A DNA stretch of 64,000 bases from Myxococcota bacterium (GTDB lineage: Bacteria; Myxococcota_A; UBA9042; PHBI01; JAWLBL01): positions 70,325 through 134,324 of the forward strand of contig JAWLBL010000021.1 of assembly GCA_041687695.1 (NCBI GenBank), in the 5' to 3' direction. The position numbers were made by a program, and so were the translations under genes. The notes beneath the pieces were generated by a model. The model was given only the letters and a program-made list of their open reading frames with translations. It ran no database searches and had not been told where the DNA came from. Below are positions 10,001-18,935 of this stretch, one piece after another. Numbering within the stretch: position 1 is the first letter of the stretch; each line of letters begins with the position of its first letter.

Positions 10001-11063
10001 GGAGCAGCTCGGTCGCACGCTGCGGAGCCCCGCCCGGAGCCCCGAGGCCGACCGCCTGCACGCCCGCATCGCGGCCGACCCGCAGCTCGACAACAAGACC
10101 AAGGAGCGCCTCGTCGAGGAGCTGGACCTCGCGTTGTCGATGCGCGCGCTGAACCTCTTCCTCAGCCAGGCCGGCAACGACGGCCAGAGCCTCATCCGCG
10201 CGGTCCTCGAGCGGGCCGGCCAGGGCACCCACCGCGGCGGCGTGAAGAAGGCCGCCGGCTCGAGCTGGTACTGGCCGCCCGAGCTGAAGGAGCTCCAGGG
10301 GCGCTGGACGAAGAGCCAGGCCGAGGTCGCCGGGCTCGAGGGCCAGGCGATGAAGCTGCTCGAGCAGGGCCTCGACGGGCGCGACGAGGGGCTGGCGCTC
10401 ATCACCGGCGCCACGAGCCGCCTCGACGGCGTCCTGCGCGACTTCGAGGCCGCGCGGGGCGAGCACTACGTCGACCACCCGCGCGAGTTCGTCGACATGA
10501 AGACGAAGATGGAGGCGAGCCAGCGGCAGGCGCGGAAGGTGCGCGCCGCCTTCGACCAGGCCGCGGTGGAGGTCGAGGACCGCTCGGTCGAGCCGGGCGA
10601 CGGCCCGCCTGCGGTCTGTGAGGCCACGGCGGAACCCGGGCCCGACTGCAGCGAGGAGCGCGCGGCCGCGCACGCAGAGGACCGCGAGCGCGTGGAGACG
10701 GCGCAGCGCCTCGAGCGGGCGCGCAAGATTCAGCAGATGAGCGCCTACTGCCGGGGCTTCAAGCTGCAGGAGACCAAGCTCCTCGGCGAAGCGCGCGACG
10801 CCTTCTTCCAAAGCGACGCGACGCGCATCCTGACGACCTCGCTCGCGCAGGGCTACGACGAATGGATCGGCCACCTGCTCGCTTATCGCGACGCCTACCG
10901 CGACGCCCAGTGGCCGGTCGAGACCTGGAAGATCAGCGCCGACGCCAAGAGCCGCCGCAACCTCTTCTACGAGCCCGACGTCGACGCCTTCGAGAAGGTC
11001 TGGCGCGACGCCCTCGGCAGCGAGCCGCCGTCGACCCTCGTCTGGCGCCTCCGGTCGTACTGA
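7029..11063 (+). CDS. Large (1344 aa) DUF4157-domain protein; Gly/Ser-rich and coiled-coil C-terminal regions, function unknown (putative effector/toxin)
   Basis: The N-terminus matches the DUF4157 signature (LPHRGAMEQAFGRDLGGVRAFVGD...GGDVAFADPSPSRELVAHEVTHVLQG). The ATG at 7029 is preceded by a GAGGAGGGAG Shine-Dalgarno. The ORF-track start at 6945 lies inside the upstream pseudogene and lacks an RBS. Confidence 0.7.
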   Translation: MQRQEHRSSPEGARSAEERSPQREAGDGVRGQLRELPSYAAQRAALVPGGPIHLSRRPGGADGGRSPAEAFGQATSGPARELPHRGAMEQAFGRDLGGVRAFVGDPQARAGLSALGASGAASGGDVAFADPSPSRELVAHEVTHVLQGGGGVQAKSEVAPAGDAAEVEADQVAARVAAGQPAGPIGAAGGGLRLKRAHRTTLDGGKVRADDEDKTPLQVGERDPADPNVSVSTNDLGDGRVVVGTEKKSDATFGTASTRSVTTDDKVEDPVATGKALLAEMRSATKDIDEHRLPELEARRERLEAAKATPEGSAEANGPRFDVDAELAAVEEERKRLVAKKERLAARTEELGERLGDEAAAKGLTVEELKAISAEVGGTSVEVAYRSEGSQTFEEGSGFAVEHDGVRIEGGSLVSKTDADGNQSGEGKRYSGKIGVKDGRVGGELEQKAADGSSVKGSFHANEDGAAAEGTWAKADGRSTTVGATVDKDGGSASYASKGADGVSHELGAHHKKGKDGAEDEWGLTAGLGKADTDADKKAAKDKDNVDGNLEATLSTTRVGGKGDLTLPRWGDDARSFTFSCGGSVYIDCTVTVSAKGPPPKYTLVARAHGSISPGGTLNGEEGGAGASATAKVTLALDKTITRVYDGPKLEAQLACYRELELAPPSTLEKWRRGLGLLADEGALTEVGDKDESGSSAGVELGASGDAKLGGVGVGAKASYEGQRSVRLTEEKIGADKNRITAHIATAQEVSGGASASVVTGGEVTYEYEWDEAETVEFELSTRDPKTYGATLQRIREATTREELDALAMALGSTGWTSAEGHSETVGGKGTFEQDLGGGQKVGLDVGGSSTDAFKSEISLKDGKIGAKGSGTQTDELAVSSAAGTEMLGVENVHGGAASSDGSEASLELSSKTTEKTPGLGSGKSLVGEVMARSSIIEGVRSYLTKEETTLSGTGYRSADVWRLVGYASQKGVWSGAVGVALPGPPAQKAWEQLGRTLRSPARSPEADRLHARIAADPQLDNKTKERLVEELDLALSMRALNLFLSQAGNDGQSLIRAVLERAGQGTHRGGVKKAAGSSWYWPPELKELQGRWTKSQAEVAGLEGQAMKLLEQGLDGRDEGLALITGATSRLDGVLRDFEAARGEHYVDHPREFVDMKTKMEASQRQARKVRAAFDQAAVEVEDRSVEPGDGPPAVCEATAEPGPDCSEERAAAHAEDRERVETAQRLERARKIQQMSAYCRGFKLQETKLLGEARDAFFQSDATRILTTSLAQGYDEWIGHLLAYRDAYRDAQWPVETWKISADAKSRRNLFYEPDVDAFEKVWRDALGSEPPSTLVWRLRSY

Positions 11064-11211
11064 CCGCTGCGCGCGCGCGGTCCGGCCGTGCGCGCGCGCA
11101 GCGCTTGAACCGCGCGGCCCGTGTGCCGGCGCCGCCCGGGCCCTGGCACGACTTTCGCTTTGTACCGCACCCGAGGCCGCGGGGGCCTCACGTCACTTCG
11201 GGAGAGACCTC

Positions 11212-11610
11212 ATGAGACTGTCACTTCGCCTCGCGATCATCGCCGCGGTGCTCCTCGGCTCGGCCGGCTCGGCCTTCGCCGGCGGCCGCACCCTGCGGGT
11301 CCGCATGTACAACAGCAGCACCGTCCAGAAGTCCGACTGCCGGGTCTTCCTGAAGAACCACGGCTCCAAGAAGATCCGCCTCCACGAGACCTTCACCCAC
11401 ACGGCGCCCAGCGGGACCAAGGTCTACACGACCACGATCCCGACCGGCTGGAACCTGGTCGAGGTGAGCTGCCGGGCCAACGGGCCGCGGGCGAAGGGGA
11501 CCATCGACCTGAATACCGAGTCGCTGAGCCAGCGCTTCATCCACTCGGCCTGCGCGTCGAGTCAGCCGGACACCAAGTGCTCCGTCTACAACTACCAGGG
11601 CAACCCCTGA
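11212..11610 (+). CDS. Small secreted protein (signal peptide), unknown function
   Basis: N-terminal signal peptide MRLSLRLAIIAAVLLGSAGSAFA. Protein-like composition, lower GC than the flanks, GGGAGAG RBS. Confidence 0.55.
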   Translation: MRLSLRLAIIAAVLLGSAGSAFAGGRTLRVRMYNSSTVQKSDCRVFLKNHGSKKIRLHETFTHTAPSGTKVYTTTIPTGWNLVEVSCRANGPRAKGTIDLNTESLSQRFIHSACASSQPDTKCSVYNYQGNP

Positions 11611-11636
11611 GCACGCGCCCCCGGGAGGACAGAGCC

Positions 11637-12680
11637 ATGCAACGCATCGCGCTGATGATGACGGTCGGGCTGATCGGCCTCGCCGCCGGCCCCGCCCACG
11701 CGGCCGACAAGTGCGACGAGATCGCCCTCGGCGACAAGGCCGCCTGCAAGGCCGCCTTCGACAAGGAGTGCGGGTCGATGACCCGCGACGCGGATCGCAT
11801 CGGCTGCGAGCGGCGGCTCGTCGACCGGTTCGACTCCTGCGTCAACGGCGACCTCGACAAGGCCTGCGAGGCGGCCTCCAAGGCCTACTGGGAGACCTGC
11901 CGCAAGCTGGGCACGATGGACGACGGCTGGAAGGAGCGCGTCCTGAACTACCCCGAGGCCCGCGAGGGCATGGAGCAGTTCGCCAAGACCTGGGGCGCGT
12001 GCCTCCAGCAGAGCTCGAGCTGTCAGGTCTCGGACAGCTGGATCAGCTATTGCGGCGACCCCGCGCTTCAAAAGGCCAAGAGCAAGTATGTCGAGGAGCT
12101 CGACTTCGCGCTCCGCACGCTCGAGGACAAGAAGCAGCACATCGCCAACGCCAAGGCGAGCAAGAACTTCGAGCTGGCGATGGGCCTCGTCGACGGGGCT
12201 CTGGACAAGCTGCTGGTCTTCTCCGATCTCGCGCGCTCGGTCCCCTGGGCCGACCACCGCAGGGCCGACCTGATGGCGGCCATCGCCGACCTCGAGGCCT
12301 CGCACCAGGACGCCGTCGCGCAGAACGAGGCGCTCATCGCCTCGCGCGTCTGCCCCGCGGGCGCCAACCACGACGCGGCGCGGGCGAAGGCCATCAGCCC
12401 GGCCGTCGAGGCCTTCTTCCACGACGCGGGCGACACGAAGGTGAAGGTCGAGGTCTTCCGCCTGAACGGGCCGAAGACCACCGCGCGCGACTGGCTGCGC
12501 CGAAGCAACATCGAGCACCAGCCCGCGGTGGTCTGCCTCGAGAAGGTCACCCCGCAGCGCAAGTACTGCCAGGTAGCCCGCGTGACGCTGCGCCGCACGA
12601 AGGTCGACGGGGCCGCCTGGAACCCGTGGCGGGTGGGCGTCGGCGAGGTCGACGAGCTGCTCTGCAAGAACGTCAAGTAG
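11637..12680 (+). CDS. Secreted cysteine-rich protein (signal peptide), unknown function
   Basis: ATG at 11637 after GGGAGGACAGAGCC. Signal peptide MQRIALMMTVGLIGLAAGPAHAADKC. Lys-rich protein-like composition. The upstream part of the 11121 ORF overlaps the previous gene out of frame. Confidence 0.6.
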   Translation: MQRIALMMTVGLIGLAAGPAHAADKCDEIALGDKAACKAAFDKECGSMTRDADRIGCERRLVDRFDSCVNGDLDKACEAASKAYWETCRKLGTMDDGWKERVLNYPEAREGMEQFAKTWGACLQQSSSCQVSDSWISYCGDPALQKAKSKYVEELDFALRTLEDKKQHIANAKASKNFELAMGLVDGALDKLLVFSDLARSVPWADHRRADLMAAIADLEASHQDAVAQNEALIASRVCPAGANHDAARAKAISPAVEAFFHDAGDTKVKVEVFRLNGPKTTARDWLRRSNIEHQPAVVCLEKVTPQRKYCQVARVTLRRTKVDGAAWNPWRVGVGEVDELLCKNVK

Positions 12681-12906
12681 CCCGGCGCAGGCGCTCCCAT
12701 GGCCAGGGTGCGCGCGCCCCCTGGCCAGAGGAGCCCTCGATGAAGCGCTGGGAGCTCGTGCTCGCCCTGACGCCGCGCGCGGCCTGCGCGCCGGGGAACC
12801 CCGACAAAGGCGATGTGGGGACGGCGTTGGAGGCCATGTTGGCCTTTCGCGAAGTGGAAGCGACTCGGCCCCTTCTCTAGCGCGGGCGCGTTCACCAAGT
12901 TCAGGC

Positions 12907-15282
12907 ATGACACACGGCCTCCGTTCGAGCTGGCTGCTGCTCGGCCTGGCGCTCGCCGGCCTCCTCGGCGGCGCGGCGCTGTGGCTCGCCGGCGCGCCCG
13001 GGGCGGCCGACGCGCTGTGGCTGGGCGCGACGGCCGTGGCGTTCGTGCCGCTGCTCGTGCGGGTCACGCGCGCCCTCCTCCGGCGCGAGGCGGGGGTCGA
13101 CCTCATCGCCGTGCTGGCCCTGGCCGGCGCGATGCTGCTGGGCGAGTACCTGGCCGGCGCCGTCATCGGGCTGATGCTGGCCAGCGGCCGGCTGCTCGAG
13201 CGGCGCGCCAGCGCGCGGGCCATGCGCGAGCTCACGGCGCTGCTGGCGCGGGCGCCGAGGGTCGCCCACCGCGTCGAGGGCGAGGCCGTGGTCACGGTCG
13301 ACGTGGACGCCGTCGGTCCGGGCGACCTGCTGCTGGTCAAGGAGGCCGACGTGCTCCCGGTCGACGGCCTGCTCGCCGACGAGCACGCGACCCTCGACGC
13401 GTCGGCGCTGACCGGCGAGGCGCGGCCGGTCGAGCGCGCCTCGGGCGACCGGCTCGACAGCGGCACGGTCAACGTCGGCCGCGCGTTCCGGATGCGCGCG
13501 ACGGCGTCGGCCGCCGAGAGCACCTACGCCGGCGTCGTCCGGCTGGTCGCGTCGGCCCAGCACGACAAGGCGCCGGTCGCCCGGCTGGCCGACCGCTACG
13601 CTGCGCTGTTCATCCCGTTCACGCTGGCGGTGGCCGCGGCGGCCTGGGCCCTGTCCGGCGACCCGGTGCGCGCCCTCGCCGTGCTGGTCGTGGCGACGCC
13701 CTGCCCGCTGCTGCTCGCCGTGCCCATCGCCATCGTCGCCGGGGTCTCCCGGGCCGCCCGCCGCGGCGTCATCGTCAAGGGCGGCGGGGCGCTGGAGCTG
13801 CTGGCGCGGGCCGACCGGGTGTTCCTGGACAAGACGGGGACGCTGACGTCGGGCGCGGCGAGCCTGTCGCGCGTCGCGACGACCGGCGGGTGGACCGACG
13901 AGGCGAGGCTGCTCGCGCTCGCCGGCTCGGTCGAGCAGGTCTCGTCCCACGTGCTCGCCGGGGCGATCGCGCGCGCCGCGCGAGCGCGGGGCCTGGCGCT
14001 GTCCTTCCCGGCCGAGGTGCGCGAGGAGCCGGGCGCGGGCGTCGAGGGGACGGTCGACGGCCGGCGCGTGCGGGTGGGCCGCTACGACTGGGTGACGCGG
14101 GACGCCGAGGCCGACGACGCCGAGGCGGGCTTTCGCCGTCGGGCCACGCGCACGCTGGGGTCGGCGGTGTTCGTGGCCGTCGACGGGGCGCTCGCCGGGG
14201 CGCTGCTCCTCGAGGACCCCATCCGGCTGGAGACGCCGCGCACCCTGCGCGCCCTGCGCCGCGCCGGGGTGCGGCAGATCGACGTGCTGACGGGGGACCA
14301 CCCCGCCGTCGCCGCCTCGGTGGGCGCCGCGCTGGGCCTCGACCGGGTCCACGCGCAGCTGTCGCCCGAGGAGAAGGTGCGGACGGTGGCCGAGGCGCGG
14401 TCGGCCGGGTCCAAGGTCATGGTCGGCGACGGCATCAACGACGCGCCGGCCCTGGCGGCGGCCGACGTGGGGGTCGCCATGGGGGCGCGCGGTGCGACCG
14501 CCTCGTCCGAGGCCGCGGACGTGGTGCTGACGACCGACCGCTTCGACCGGCTGGTCGACGCGATCCTGATGGCGCAGCGGTCGCGCAGCGTGGCCTTGCA
14601 GAGCGTGGCGCTCGGCATGGGGTTGTCGGTGGTCGCGATGGGCGCGGCGGCCTTCGGGCTGCTCGCGCCCGTGGTCGGGGCGTTCCTGCAGGAGGGCATC
14701 GATCTGCTGGCCATCGGCTGGGCGCTGCGGGCCCTGGGGCCGGGCGCGGCCGAGCGGGCGCGCGACCGCAAGCGCCGGGTCCTGAGCCCCGAGGCCGCCG
14801 CGCACCTGGCCGCCGACCACGAGCACCTGGTCCCGACGCTCGAGCGCTTCCGGAACCTGGCCGACCAGCTCGACGCGCTGCCGCGGCGGCAGGTCTGCGA
14901 GGAGCTGCGGTCGTTGAACCGCTTTCTGAAGACCGATCTCCTGGCCCACGAGCGGGCCGACGAGGCCGAGGTCTACCCGGCCCTCGCCGCGCGGCTCGAG
15001 GGCGACGATCCGCTGGGGACCATGAGCCGCACGCACCAGGAGATCTTCCACCTGGCGCGGCTGCTCGATCTGCTGCTCCACGAGCTGCCCGCCGAAGGCC
15101 CCGAGCCCGAGGACCTGCCCGACCTGCGGCGGCTGCTCTATGGCCTCCACGCGGTGCTGCGCCTGCACTTCGCGCAGGAAGAGGAGCTGTACCAGAGCGT
15201 GACCGACGACGGCGGCGGCCGGCGGCGCCCCCGACGCGCCCGCGGCCCGAGCCCCCTCGGCCCGCCCGTCACCAGCCGGTGA
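12907..15282 (+). CDS. P1B-5-type heavy-metal P-type ATPase with C-terminal hemerythrin-like domain
   Basis: DKTGTLT phosphorylation motif, TGEARP actuator motif and MVGDGINDAPALAAADVGVAMG hinge. TM motif TPCPLL (PCP rather than CPC). No N-terminal HMA domain. C-terminal H..HxxxE...H..HFAQEEE hemerythrin-like signature. Confidence 0.9.
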   Translation: MTHGLRSSWLLLGLALAGLLGGAALWLAGAPGAADALWLGATAVAFVPLLVRVTRALLRREAGVDLIAVLALAGAMLLGEYLAGAVIGLMLASGRLLERRASARAMRELTALLARAPRVAHRVEGEAVVTVDVDAVGPGDLLLVKEADVLPVDGLLADEHATLDASALTGEARPVERASGDRLDSGTVNVGRAFRMRATASAAESTYAGVVRLVASAQHDKAPVARLADRYAALFIPFTLAVAAAAWALSGDPVRALAVLVVATPCPLLLAVPIAIVAGVSRAARRGVIVKGGGALELLARADRVFLDKTGTLTSGAASLSRVATTGGWTDEARLLALAGSVEQVSSHVLAGAIARAARARGLALSFPAEVREEPGAGVEGTVDGRRVRVGRYDWVTRDAEADDAEAGFRRRATRTLGSAVFVAVDGALAGALLLEDPIRLETPRTLRALRRAGVRQIDVLTGDHPAVAASVGAALGLDRVHAQLSPEEKVRTVAEARSAGSKVMVGDGINDAPALAAADVGVAMGARGATASSEAADVVLTTDRFDRLVDAILMAQRSRSVALQSVALGMGLSVVAMGAAAFGLLAPVVGAFLQEGIDLLAIGWALRALGPGAAERARDRKRRVLSPEAAAHLAADHEHLVPTLERFRNLADQLDALPRRQVCEELRSLNRFLKTDLLAHERADEAEVYPALAARLEGDDPLGTMSRTHQEIFHLARLLDLLLHELPAEGPEPEDLPDLRRLLYGLHAVLRLHFAQEEELYQSVTDDGGGRRRPRRARGPSPLGPPVTSR

Positions 15283-15361
15283 GTCATGTCGCGCGACCTC
15301 TCGGCGCCGGTGCCGTCCAAGGACGTGTACCTGGTCTTGCAGATCCTCCAGGCGACGACCA

Positions 15362-15793
15362 TCAGACCGGCAACCCGTGTTCGAGCTTCATGAGCAGCTC
15401 CTCCACCTGCTTGGTGCCCAGCTCGGTCACCGCGCGATCCACGGGGCGGGCTCCCTCGAGCCCCGGCTGCTCGCTCGCCAAGAACTCGTGCTCGAGCCCC
15501 GGATCCTCCCAGACCCGCTCGGCCAGCGCCGCGATCCGCGCCACGCGCTCGACCCGCTCGCTCTCGACGTGCGTCAGCCTTCGACGTCGCTCGAGCGTCG
15601 TTGGCGGGACGATCTCGTAGCTGAGCGCCAGGCCGTTCTGCTCGTCACCGGTGACACGCAGCGTGGCCCGTCGTAGCGCCTCGACGGGCAGCCCCTCCTC
15701 GAGCAGCTTTCCGAGCTCCCGGATCGTCCCCACCTCTCGGCCCAGCACCGCGCGACCGCCCAACACCTCAGCGACTGCCCTCACGTCGTACAT
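15362..15793 (-). CDS. Hypothetical protein (143 aa)
   Basis: Protein-like ORF convergent with the ATPase. No motif I can name with confidence. Confidence 0.45.
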   Translation of the reverse strand: MYDVRAVAEVLGGRAVLGREVGTIRELGKLLEEGLPVEALRRATLRVTGDEQNGLALSYEIVPPTTLERRRRLTHVESERVERVARIAALAERVWEDPGLEHEFLASEQPGLEGARPVDRAVTELGTKQVEELLMKLEHGLPV

Positions 15794-15940
15794 CGTCGCC
15801 TCCCGCCACGACCACTTGGACAGATTTTACGTCCAAACGGTCATGCGGGCGACGCTTAGCCTGTGTCGCGCGCGCTGGGGAGCGGGTAGCATGCGGCCAG
15901 GTCATGTGAGAAAGTGAGCGGCGAGCTTGAAGGAGCCATC

Positions 15941-16348
15941 ATGAAGGACGGGTCGGAGAGGAAGCTGAGCGACAACCCCATCCACCTGGGGCTGGGGGCG
16001 ACAGCGGTGCCGCAGCCGCCGTTCACGGGGATGGCGTGGTACGCCGACTACGTCGCTCGGCACGCCAGTGACGGGGCCGAGGGCCGGCTGGTCTCGATGC
16101 ACACCTTCGACGGGCCTTGGGACAGCTGGGAGATGCATCCGAGCGGCGCCGAGGTCGTGTTGTGCACCGCGGGGCGGCTGACGCTGGTGCAACAGATCGA
16201 GGGTGACGAGGTCCGCACGACCCTGGAGGCCGGCGAATATGCCATCAACCCGCCGGGGGTGTGGCACACGGCCGACGCCGACCAGCCCGTCACCGCGGTC
16301 TTCATCACGGCCGGCCTCGGCACCGAGCACCGCCCGCGCCAGCGCTGA
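15941..16348 (+). CDS. Cupin-domain protein
   Basis: ATG at 15941 after GAAGGAG. Cupin motifs (WEMHPSGAEVVLCTAGRLTL ... EYAINPPGVWHTA). Confidence 0.7.
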   Translation: MKDGSERKLSDNPIHLGLGATAVPQPPFTGMAWYADYVARHASDGAEGRLVSMHTFDGPWDSWEMHPSGAEVVLCTAGRLTLVQQIEGDEVRTTLEAGEYAINPPGVWHTADADQPVTAVFITAGLGTEHRPRQR

Positions 16349-16639
16349 CGGAGCCGCCGCACGTCAGGGCGCGCGCGGCTCGCAGCGGAGGTCCACCGTC
16401 GGGCGGCGTCGATGGATGCACTCGAACACCTCTTGCAGCGTTGGCCGCTCGGCCAGCCGGCCGGAAGGACATCCCAGCTCAGGTGCTCATGGACCGGCTC
16501 GCCCAAGCCTCGGGCCTCATGTTGGCCGGTGGTTCCGGGTCCACGGTCGCGCGGACCGTCACGGGTCACAGCCCCAGACGGCGAGGCCCCGGGCCGGGAG
16601 GGCCTCGCCGCTGGCGGGGGTGTTTTTGCCGCTCAGGCG

Positions 16640-17460
16640 ACCGGTTCGGCCACGCCCGGCTCCGCACCGCCACGACACCGCCGCCTCGCCCCCTGGGACC
16701 GCCGGTTTCCAGAGGGTGTCGCAGAAGCCCAACCGGAGTGCTCCACCTTGGTGGAGCCCCCATCCGGCGCAGCTTGCTGCGCCGGGGTTGGCGGCCAGAT
16801 CCCGGCGGCAAGCCGCCGGGGCCGGGGCTCCGGCAAGCCGGAGCACTCCAAGACCGCCTCCGCCGGCATCAACACGACACCCTCTTCCAGCCGGCCTCGC
16901 GCTCGCACCAGCACGACCTCCGACTCTCGGCCCCTGGGACCGCCGATTTCCAGGGGGTGTCGCAGAAGCCCAACCGGAGTGCTCCACCTTGGTGGAGCCC
17001 CCATCCGGCGCAGCTTGCTGCGCCGGGGTTGGCGGCCAGATCCCGGCGGCAAGCCGCCGGGGCCGGGGCTCCGGCAAGCCGGAGCACTCCAAGACCGCCT
17101 CCGCCGGCATCAACACGACACCCTCTTCCAGCCGGCCTCGCGCTCGCACCAGCACGACCTCCGACTCTCGGCCCCTGGGACCGCCGATTTCCAGAGGGTG
17201 TCGCAGAACCCCAACCGGAGTGCTCCACCTTGGTGGAGCCCCCATCCGGCGCAGCTTGCTGCGCCGTGGTTGGCGGCCAGATCCCGGCGGCAAGCCGCCG
17301 GGGCCGGGGCTCCGGCAAGCCGGAGCACTCCAAGGCCGCCTCCGCCGGCATCAGTACGACACCCTCTTCCAGCCGGCCTCACGCTCGCACCAGCACGACC
17401 TCCGACTCTCGGCCCCTGGGACCGCCGGCTTCCAGCCGGCCTCGCGCTCGCACCTGCACG
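16640..17460. repeat. Tandem array (~3.4 copies) of a 241-bp unit, each unit made of four GC-rich inverted repeats with CTTG/CAAG centres
   Basis: Unit starts at 16690, 16931, 17172 and 17413. Core: GGAGTGCTCCACCTTGGTGGAGC..CCGGCGCAGCTTGCTGCGCCGG..CCCGGCGGCAAGCCGCCGGG..GCTCCGGCAAGCCGGAGCACTCC. All ORFs across it are Pro/Arg/Ala-rich in every frame. Confidence 0.9.
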
Positions 17461-17612
17461 ACCTCAGCGTCCTCGCCCTCCCGCGCCGGCTTGGCCGGCG
17501 CTATGGACCGCGCCGGCCATGCCGGCGCTCTCGGATCTGGGGCGCACCACGGCACCGGCATGCCCCCCCTCCTGGGACCCGACTTCGTCGCTCTCCTCGC
17601 GCCGAAGAGCGC

Positions 17613-18935
17613 CTACGCCAAGCGCATGCTGGACAGCAGCACGAACCGAAGCGCGGCCCGCGAACCTCGCATGCAGCGAAGCCGAGCGGCCCAGGTCCGC
17701 CGGCGGACCAGTGCGCCCCGCCTCGGACGCCACCTTGGCCGCCTCACCTTCAGGAACGCCCCCCACAAGACCGCCTGGATGAGGGCCACCCTGCGATGGC
17801 GCTCGCGCGCCGCGAAGAAGCCGGTCCCCCCCGCCCCTACGGACATGAAGGTCCCCATCGCCTCCCGGAATCGGCGGGTCACCTGGCGCCTCTCGTCCCG
17901 AGCCCTCCGCTGCGCGTCCCGCACCCACGCGACCAGGTCGTCGTCCGAGGGCCTCACCACGTCCCGCCCGCCCTCGGCCGCGACGGCGGCCAGCCGCTCG
18001 AACGCATGGAAGCTCTCGTCCCGCGGCCACGGCTCAACGTGCTCGGAATCGACCGCCTCGTACATCCGCAGCACCCGCTCGCAGCTGCGCAGCATCGCCT
18101 TCGTCGACCCCCTCTCCCTCTCGCCCAACCAGGTCAACAGGGCCCCAAGGCGCTCGTCCGCGGGCCCCGTCGCCCCCTTCGCCACGGCCTCCGCCACCTG
18201 CCCCCGGATGAACGCCTCGAAGCTGTCGTGCGGGGACCCGGCCTCGCCCTCCCCTTCGTCGCCTTCCGCCTCGTCCACCTCCGACTCCCACGACTCACCC
18301 GTATCCTCGTCGTCCTCCGGCGCCTCCCCCGCCGCCAGACGCGATCTCGCCTCGCCCTGCACGAACGCCTCGAGCCCCGGCAGCCCCGCCCGCCTCAGCC
18401 GACCCCACACCTCGGGCGACGCCGCCTCCCCGTCCCGGCTCAGCGCCGCCAGGTCGCTCAGGTGCTCCGTCGCCGAATCCAGCAGCCGCAACAGCCGTCC
18501 CGGCTCCTCCCCCCGCGCGCACCGACACAGGAAGTACGTGTAGCTGTGCGTCGCGATCCCCAGCCGCGCCAGGACGTCCAGAGGGTGCGTCCCATCGGCC
18601 AGCCCCTCGGCCAGCCGCACCTCCCGCCCCGCCGCGAGCCACGCCAGGTGCTCACCATGCGCCCGGTCGAGCCTCCCCAGCAGCTCCTCCTCCGAGCCCT
18701 CGGACCGGTCCGACGCCACCCAGTCCCAGACCGCCTGAAGGTACGGCAGCGAGCGCGGCAACCCGAACACCCCCAGCAGCCGCTCCTCGAGATCCAGCAC
18801 CTCCTCGAACCGCTCGCCGTCCTCCCCCGGCCCCCCGGCCGCCTTCAGCGCCTCGGACTCGCGCGCCAGCTCACGCAGCAGCGCCCGAGGGTCCAGCTCA
18901 CGCCCCGCTCCGACCGTTCTCCAGCCCTTCGTCAT
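17613..18935 (-). CDS. Hypothetical acidic protein; C-terminal ~60 aa probably read-through into repeat-adjacent sequence
   Basis: Long ORF with protein-like N-terminal 380 aa (Asp/Glu-rich). The Arg-rich tail is suspect. Confidence 0.45.
   Translation of the reverse strand: MTKGWRTVGAGRELDPRALLRELARESEALKAAGGPGEDGERFEEVLDLEERLLGVFGLPRSLPYLQAVWDWVASDRSEGSEEELLGRLDRAHGEHLAWLAAGREVRLAEGLADGTHPLDVLARLGIATHSYTYFLCRCARGEEPGRLLRLLDSATEHLSDLAALSRDGEAASPEVWGRLRRAGLPGLEAFVQGEARSRLAAGEAPEDDEDTGESWESEVDEAEGDEGEGEAGSPHDSFEAFIRGQVAEAVAKGATGPADERLGALLTWLGERERGSTKAMLRSCERVLRMYEAVDSEHVEPWPRDESFHAFERLAAVAAEGGRDVVRPSDDDLVAWVRDAQRRARDERRQVTRRFREAMGTFMSVGAGGTGFFAARERHRRVALIQAVLWGAFLKVRRPRWRPRRGALVRRRTWAARLRCMRGSRAALRFVLLSSMRLA

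Noticed and set aside
6999-10874. 1291-aa antisense ORF opposite the DUF4157 gene
   Set aside because: Arg/Leu/Pro-rich antisense frame. The sense strand carries the DUF4157 signature and a strong RBS.
12739-12882. 47-aa ORF MKRWELVLALTPRAACAPG... just upstream of the ATPase
   Set aside because: Too short and unsupported. It may merely be part of the ATPase promoter region that is duplicated at 6268.
16640-17460. Possible CRISPR array
   Set aside because: The period is 241 bp with no unique spacers between repeats and no cas genes, so it is a tandem satellite-like repeat.
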